Under the pieces are notes generated by a model. It did no database searches and was not told where the DNA came from. It saw only the letters and a list, made by a program, of their open reading frames with translations. A stretch of DNA of 64,000 nucleotides. Source: the human T2T-CHM13v2.0 reference genome, Homo sapiens. The stretch lies in the NCBI RefSeq assembly GCF_009914755.1, contig NC_060930.1; one strand, written 5' to 3'. The translations under genes were made by a program, and so were the position numbers. The number at the start of each line of letters is the position of its first letter. Within the stretch, counting starts at the first letter, position 1. Shown piece by piece: positions 55,351 to 64,000 of this stretch.

Positions 55351-55456
55351 ATAGTCTGTGAAATGGCAAAGCTTCTGAAATGTTGAACACATTATCAAAG
55401 TTTATAGTCTGTGAAATGGCAAAGCTTCTGAAATGTTGAACACATTATCAAAGTTT
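55351..55456. repeat. Perfect 53-bp tandem duplication
   Basis: 55351-55403 is identical to 55404-55456. Confidence 0.97.
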
Positions 55457-56864
55457 TTCTGTGGCCTGAATTATCTTTTCAAAAATATTTTGTGCAGAGC
55501 ATATAATTTTCCTTTGTTCCATGACATTAATGGATTGCTTGGTCTGTAAACTACTTTCCTTATTTAATACAAATACCTCTTCAATCGAAATTATCTGACT
55601 TTGATTAATGATACACCAAAAGAACTAACAGACTTTACTGCAGCTTAAATGAATGTGTGCATTCATTTATCCTCTAGTTGTTTTCACTGTACAGTGCTCT
55701 GCTTATTTATTCAAAAATAAAAACAGATGGCGTACTTGCTTCTGCTTCAGGCTCTACGAGCAGTTCTTTGTCGATTGCATAAAAGTTGTTTGCAAGCACA
55801 TTTTTCTTTATAAAGGAAAAATGTAATGAAGGTGTCCAATGACCCTTAAATTATTGGGGGAATTTAACCCACTACATACAGGCTCACAGAATGAGTAGCG
55901 GGAGTGTCAAAACTTTTCAGCCAACTATTTAGTCTGATTTCTGGCTTGAACTTTATCCTATTTTCACACCAATTCAACTCAATGAGTTGTTTTATAGGAG
56001 TTAATAACAGACAATGAACAAGATTAAAACACTTATCTCTGAGCTTAAAGTAAATAACACATCACTCTGAAAAATAAAGTTGACTGATTTCTCTAACACT
56101 AAGTGAAAGTTTTTAAAAGCATTGATTATAAACCGTAACAATGTCTTTAACTGCATGCCTTCAAATATAAGTAACTTTCACTTAATTAACTAACCTTATT
56201 GCTAATGTGGAAATGAGTGATTTTCAAGGACTGTCGTCAGCTAAGTTGCAGCTTCCCAAGTGAGTTGGGGATGTTAATGACATGAATTGCATTTGACTCA
56301 ATAATCATCACATCAAGTATAAGAGCTGTCTAGTCATACATAAGAAATTATTCAAAAGCAAGCAGGTATTCCATGCCCCCATAATATTTCCTGTGGGTTG
56401 CTATCGTTGTTCTGGTTTGCTAAATACTTTTAGAATTTGCCTTTCTTTCCCCTGGTACTATAGTCTACCATCCAAATAGTTGTTTCCAGATAGATTAATT
56501 CACCACCTTATTGGTACTTATTTTAATAAAAGGCAATTATATGTTTTAGCTTTCTGATACTTCTCTGATGCCACAAGTTGGTATTTTTAAAAGACCTAAT
56601 TTTCTTCAAAGCCAGTAATATTCTGCCAACTCTAAAACTGGCTCACTAAGGGCTGATGTTCTTATTCTTCCAGGAGTTAGAGATAAAAGTGAATGGCTTC
56701 TTAGTAGCAGCTCAATTCCAGCAAGTCCCCTAGCACATGTTAGGAAAACTAGAATTTATTGGATGATATCTGAGGATGCATCTATTACTCCAGCTCTAGA
56801 AGTACCTCAAATCTGATGTAGTCCTAACTTTATTCTCACCAGAGAATTGATCATCCTCAAGATA

Positions 56865-57487
56865 TCAAAAATGGGTGCTGATGACATCGCCACTTTGGAA
56901 AGCCGTTGGGCAGTTCCTCACAATGGTAAGCATAGAGTAACCTTGTGACCCAGCAATTTTACTCCTAGGTACACAAAAGCACATGTGTCCACACAAAAAC
57001 TTTAGACATGCATTATTCATAACAGCCATAAAGCAGAAACAACCCAAATAGCCACAAACTGATGAGCGAATGAACAAAATGTGATATAGCCACACAATGA
57101 TTGAAAATAAAACGATATGACATGATACACTGTAAAACATGGCTGAAACTTAAAAACATTTTGCTAAATAGAAAAGAAAATCGTCACACAGGAACATGTA
57201 CTGCATGATTCTGTTTATATGAAAGGTCCAGAATAGATGGCTCTATAGGGGTAGAAAATAGACTACTGCTTGCTTAGAGCTTGGGGAAGTGGAAGAATAG
57301 GCACTAAGGGGGAAAAGGGAGTGACTGCTAATGGGCGTGTGAGTTTTTTTGGAAGGTGATAAAAACGACCTAAAATTGTGATGATGGTTGTACAACTCTG
57401 CTAACATACCAAAAATCACTGAAATGCATGCTTCAAATGGGTGAGTTTTATCATACATCATTTCTATTTCAATAAAGTTATTAAAAA
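56865..57487 (+). mobile_element. L1MB-type 3' end
   Basis: GCCACTTTGGAAA...GACCCAGCAATT.TACTCCTAGGT...GACTGCTAATGGG...TCAATAAAG. Confidence 0.88.
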
Positions 57488-57717
57488 TGAGTACCATTTA
57501 TTGTGTTTATTTACTATGAATCAAATATTGTATTAGGAAGTATATATATATGTGTGTGTGTATATACTTATTTAATTCTCTGAACAATCACTTTTAGGCA
57601 GGAAAACAAAAGCCAGAGATGTTAAGTGACTCACTGAGGCTCATACAACCAGAAATTAAAATAAGTTGATTTGACTCACGAAACAGCTGTATCATATGGT
57701 CATCAAGATGCTGCTGT

Positions 57718-59537
<1,820 letters not shown>

Positions 59538-60019
59538 CTGCCTTCAGAAAAGGAGCAGATGTGTGTTATTTGGCATACCAGGATAATTAAAATGTAACAT
59601 GTTGCTAACCCATAGCAAGCCCAAAAAGCAATAAGCCTCATTTGGTTGTCTTTCTGAAAGAAACACTGTCTACATGACCTGTAAAATCTGGGCAATATAA
59701 ATTTTTTTTAAATTTAAATGGTCAGCTGGTTTGAATTGGTCCAAATACCTGTCTTTAAAAAATATTTAGAGCAATTTTTTTTAACTCGAGGTTTTATAAG
59801 GGCAATGAAGCAATAGAATGAGAATGAGGCATGACATAAACTTTTCAATCTACTTAATATTTAATTAAAATATAATCATATACTATAAACCAAAATTAAT
59901 ATATATGAAACACTGGCATTAACTTCCACTTGAGAATTGGGAAAGTTATAGAATAACAAAGAAAAGAACGTGAAATGGTGCCCCTTTGATCACACTCAGC
60001 TAAGGATTTCCTCTATTCT

Positions 60020-60200
60020 AGGCAGTCACAACTGTGCTAAATGCTTGACATAAATTTATATACTTGTTCTTCACAATCATTCCAACATGTGTGTTATTAT
60101 TACAACTGAGAGTTGAGTAGACTGCTTCTTAGAAAGGTAAATTGCTAATGTCAGATAGAAAATGAAAGAACCTGAATTTGACCTAAGTTGCATTGTTCAC
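60020..60200 (-). mobile_element. MIR SINE
   Basis: ACTGTGCTAAATGCTT.ACAT...TTCTTCACAA...GAATTTGA. Confidence 0.55.
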
Positions 60201-60564
60201 AGGCTATGACCTCTCCTCTCTGTGAGGCTGTAATCACATGTATTGTACTGATTGCTAGAAATGATAAAGGCCACCCCTCGAAATTAGAACACAGATAACC
60301 TGCTACCAAATCTGAAGGAGAAAGAAGGCAATTTATCATCTCAATGAATTTTAAAAAGCCTATAGTTAATCCTCTCTCAAGACATTTCTTTTCTCAGATA
60401 TTCACCTACTAGCCAATGAGAAGGGTCTTTAAGCATGTGCCTGACAAAAACCCTTCAAAACATTCCATTTCATCAATTGCCTAAAAATAAGCTCTCTAAA
60501 ACATTAATAAGATTGTACTGTTCTTGATTGTGCCAAAGCAAGAGATCCTTGTTAGAGGCAATGC

Positions 60565-61042
60565 TGAAACTGACCCAACAGTCCCATAGATAATTTTTTT
60601 GTTCACTTGTTTTTTAAATAAACATAGAAATTGACCTTTCTGGTCTTAAAGCTTGAAACTTGTATTCATTTTATCTGTGTTCCTTCCTCAGGAAAGGACC
60701 TTCAAGCTGCTCAAAAAGAAAGTATCAAAGAACTGAAACTCACCACATCACCACATACAGACAATGAGATGAGAGACCTCTCATTCACCCATCATGATTG
60801 CTTCATTGCCCCTTCCTAGTTCCTGTTTTCTTATACATTGTTACATTTCCTCCCACTATATAAAACCCCTACGTTTAGTCAGTTAGGGAGACGGATTTAG
60901 GACTCCCATCTCCTCGACTGCAGCACCCGACTAAAGCTGTCTTCCTTCTCTTCCTTCCTTCATTGGTAGTACTTGACGAGCAATTGGCTTTCTGTGAGGT
61001 GAGCAGCAGGACCGAGACCAACCCCCAGGTGTTTCGGTAACA
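60565..61042 (+). mobile_element. LOR1-like solo ERV1 LTR
   Basis: TGAAACTGACCCAA.AGTCCCATAGA start, TATATAAA box, TTTCGGTAACA end, near-match TSD atgc/atac. Confidence 0.85.
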
Positions 61043-61239
61043 ATACCCAATGTCTCAATCTTCAATCATATTGTTATTACTGGGGTAAAGTTGGCAAGTT
61101 TGCCTCCTGACCTCGAAACTAACTGAGAATCAAGGCTTCCAGTTGCATGTGTTTTCCAGCTGGTCATAATGTGCTAGGCATCATTCTATAAATAATCTAT
61201 ATGATTCTCTTGTAAAGAAAAAAATGAGAAATTATATAT

Positions 61240-61912
61240 AGTATACTACCTTATCTATGGTTTTTCTTTCCATAGTTTCAGTTACCCAGGGTCAGCAGGA
61301 ATCTGGAAATATTACTTATGGCAGATATTTTCAGAAAGAGAGACCACACTCACATAACTTTTATTTTATTTATTTATTTATTTATTTATATTTATTTATA
61401 TTTATTTATTTATTTATTTTTGAGATGAGGTCTCACTCTCATCCCCCAGGCTGGAGTGTGATGACGCCATCTCAGCTCACTGCAACCTCCGCCTCCCAAG
61501 TCAAGCAATTCTCCTGCCTCAGCCTCCTGAGTAGCTGGGATTACAGGCACCTGCCACCATGTCCCGCTAATTTTTGTATTTTTAGTGGAGACGGGGTTTC
61601 ACCATGTTGGCCAGGCTGGTTTCAAACTCCTGACCTCAGGTGATCCACCTGCCTCGGCCTCCCAAAGTGCTGGGATTACAGGTGTGAGCCACCATGTCCA
61701 GCCACATAACTTTATTATAGCATATTGTTATAATTGTTCTACTATATTGTTATTGTTAACCTCTTACTGTGCCTAATTTATAATTAAACTTTATCCTAGA
61801 GATGTATGTATGAGAAAAAAACATAGTACATATAGGGCTTCAGCACCATCAGCAATTTTAGGCATCCACTGGGGGCTTAGAATGTATCCCCACCAATAAG
61901 GAGGAACTACTG
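61240..61912. mobile_element. MER44A-like (Tigger7) MITE split by an Alu
   Basis: CCTTATC.ATGGTTT..CTTTCC...GTTTCAGTTACC left arm; GGCATCCACTGGGGG.T...ATAAGG.GG.ACTACTG|TA right arm. Confidence 0.8.
61361..61703 (-). mobile_element. AluSx/Sq-like with (TTTA)n tail
   Basis: Antisense full Alu; TSD ACATAACTTT on both sides. Confidence 0.94.
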
Positions 61913-62469
61913 TAATACCATTTTAAATCTTATTTTTTCCTGAACTATTGCCAGATAAACAATCTATATTTCCTAAGCACTGTTAGTACTTGACTACAAT
62001 GTTAAATTATTTTCATATCTCTTTTCAATCTGTCTTCTCAGACTGGATAATTGATTAGTTTACTTGTATTTTCAATTAGGTAGTATAAGTTGCAGCTGAA
62101 AATGAGTGACTCCTTAGAGTTTTTAAGATATAGGCAGGCTTTCACATCTTTTTAAATTCTCTAAATAGTTCAATTAAACCCTTAAGCCTAAAAAATCCCG
62201 TAGTTTACAAAATTAAACTTTTTTTTTTCCTGTAGTCATTATGCTTGCTTGCAAATCAATATTTGCAAATCAAGTTTAGATTTAGTATGGGCGTGGTGGG
62301 GAATCCAAGGTAAGAATAAGCATTTTGGTGCCACAATGTTTAAAAAAAATTTTTTGAGTTTATTCAACTAGCATATTTTAAAAATACATGTTTGGCTTAC
62401 AAATCCAAAGAAAATTATTAAAGCACTCTATAAATATGAGGCAAAGTAGGGTGGAAAAGTGGAGAATAA

Positions 62470-62650
62470 GGCACTAAGCTTTGCAATCCATACCTCTAAT
62501 AAAGAGACATGATGGGAGAATATGATCTTACCACCCTGAAGCCTGTCTGTACAAATTTTAAGCAAGTTTTTCAATCTCCCTAAACCTCAGTTTTCTCATT
62601 TATACGGGGATGATGCTTCGAGCTTTGTCACCTCATATGGTTTATAATTC
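62470..62650 (+). mobile_element. MIR SINE
   Basis: GCAAGTT.TT.AATCTC.CTAA.CCTCAGTTTTCTCAT.T.TA..GGG.ATGAT. Confidence 0.65.
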
Positions 62651-62969
62651 CAATAACTTCACTCATTTCCATGTCTTACTGAATGCATAATAAAGTTGAA
62701 AACATTTACTAGAAGTTGGTCTTATGTAAATAAATAACATGTTTTAGAATCCTTTTTCTGGATATACATTAAAAATGTAAGAACCAAAATTATTTTGTAC
62801 TATATATTATTACTTAGGTTTAGTCTCATAAGAATTCTAAATATTTCAAAATATGGGTCATTATTTTGTTTCATTTCATGACACTCATATTTTTTCCTAA
62901 ATCCCTTTGTTGTAGAGGAAGACATGAATTCACTTTCACTTCACTAAAGTCTAAAGCTAGAAATCCTTA

Positions 62970-64000
62970 CGCCACTCCCAGCCTCCCAGATTCCCACAAT
63001 CCTAGCCACAGAATTGCCACTCAACCCTCACCTCACGGGCCCTGAGACTAACATAGGGAGCTACCTGGACACTGAACAACAACACTGCTCTGGAAAAGGA
63101 GCTCATGCTTGATCCCATACACCCCTTAAGTCCTAAGCAGCTGCAGCAAAGTGCCATTTTGAGATCCTAGCCCTCTCCACCCTGCATTCTGCTAGAGGCT
63201 CAACAGACCCTGCACCTCCACATCCCCAGAGCTTCATTCACTTCCACAACACGCACCCACCACCACAGCTGGGTTGCCACCAGGGTCACAGTGGGAATCA
63301 TTTGTAACAACCCCACTTCCCTCAGCAGCAGACCCACTACACATCTTCATGCGCCCCAAGAGCAGACTCTCCCACCTCCAGCGGCCACCGCTGTAGGCCA
63401 CTGCTGCTGGAGCTAAAGTAAGAGCAGAGTGCTTGCTCTTCACCTGCTTGCCTTTGACTGTTGTCACTGAAAGTAACCCGCCCTCCCCTGTAACAGGGCT
63501 GCAGCATGGCCACAGCCATCCCCACCTGGGCATTCCACCAGAAGCCTAGGGATAGCTCCTCCCCTGCCTATTACAGCGAGTGCCTATACACACCACCTAG
63601 GGGGCCGAGGACACCTGGGGATTGCCCAGCCTGGCCCACTATCATTGGCACCTGGACATTTATCTTGAGGAACTGAGGTCAAGCCCAGCCAACCTGTCAC
63701 TATCACCACAGCTGGCACCCCCCATATGCACCAACTGTGTGACTGGGGACTGGTGCAAAAGCTCATTGCAGCCACCACCAATACCAGCATAAACTGCTTG
63801 GGAGTCATAGTGTTGTCATGCCACTGCTACTGCCATTGCCTGTGCCACATCTACTGCTCACAAACCCAAAGACCCACTCACCCAACTGGCTCACTGGCAC
63901 TACCATAACCCAGGAAAGCTGCCTGGAGACCCAAGAATTAGCCAACCTGGACTCACTAACACCAGTGCCATTATATGCCTCCTGTGGACCCAAGGATGAC
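62970..64000 (+). mobile_element. Old L1M (L1M2/L1M3-type) 5' UTR, running off the window
   Basis: Abrupt rise in C content; GCCATTTTGAGA, CCCTGAGACTAA and repeated CCACC.GGGGCC.GAGGA / GGACCCAAGGA units typical of L1MA-era 5' ends. Confidence 0.6.

Overview
This is AT-rich, repeat-dense primate genomic DNA, almost certainly human because it contains an AluYa5. It looks intergenic or deep-intronic. I recognise no protein-coding gene, RNA gene or CRISPR array; most listed ORFs fall in Alu, L1, LTR or microsatellite sequence and the rest look like chance ORFs. By my approximate annotation more than half of the window is transposable-element derived: about 13 Alu/FLAM copies, several L1 relics, two solo LTR12s, MLT2/MST/THE1/MLT1/MER21/LOR1-type LTRs, DNA-transposon MITEs, MIR/L2, and a decayed two-LTR ERVL provirus (LTR16/HERV16-like, ~46.2-50.9 kb). 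I cannot support a new biological system here. The best leads are: (i) a well-formed 81-nt minus-strand exon candidate at 18758-18838 that could splice to an acceptor at 6504 to give a 33-aa smORF, (ii) repeated template-switch scars where (TA)n tracts have captured copies of their own flanks, and (iii) a very young, possibly polymorphic AluYa5. Repeat subfamily names come from my memory of consensus sequences, not from a search, and boundaries without stated TSDs are approximate.
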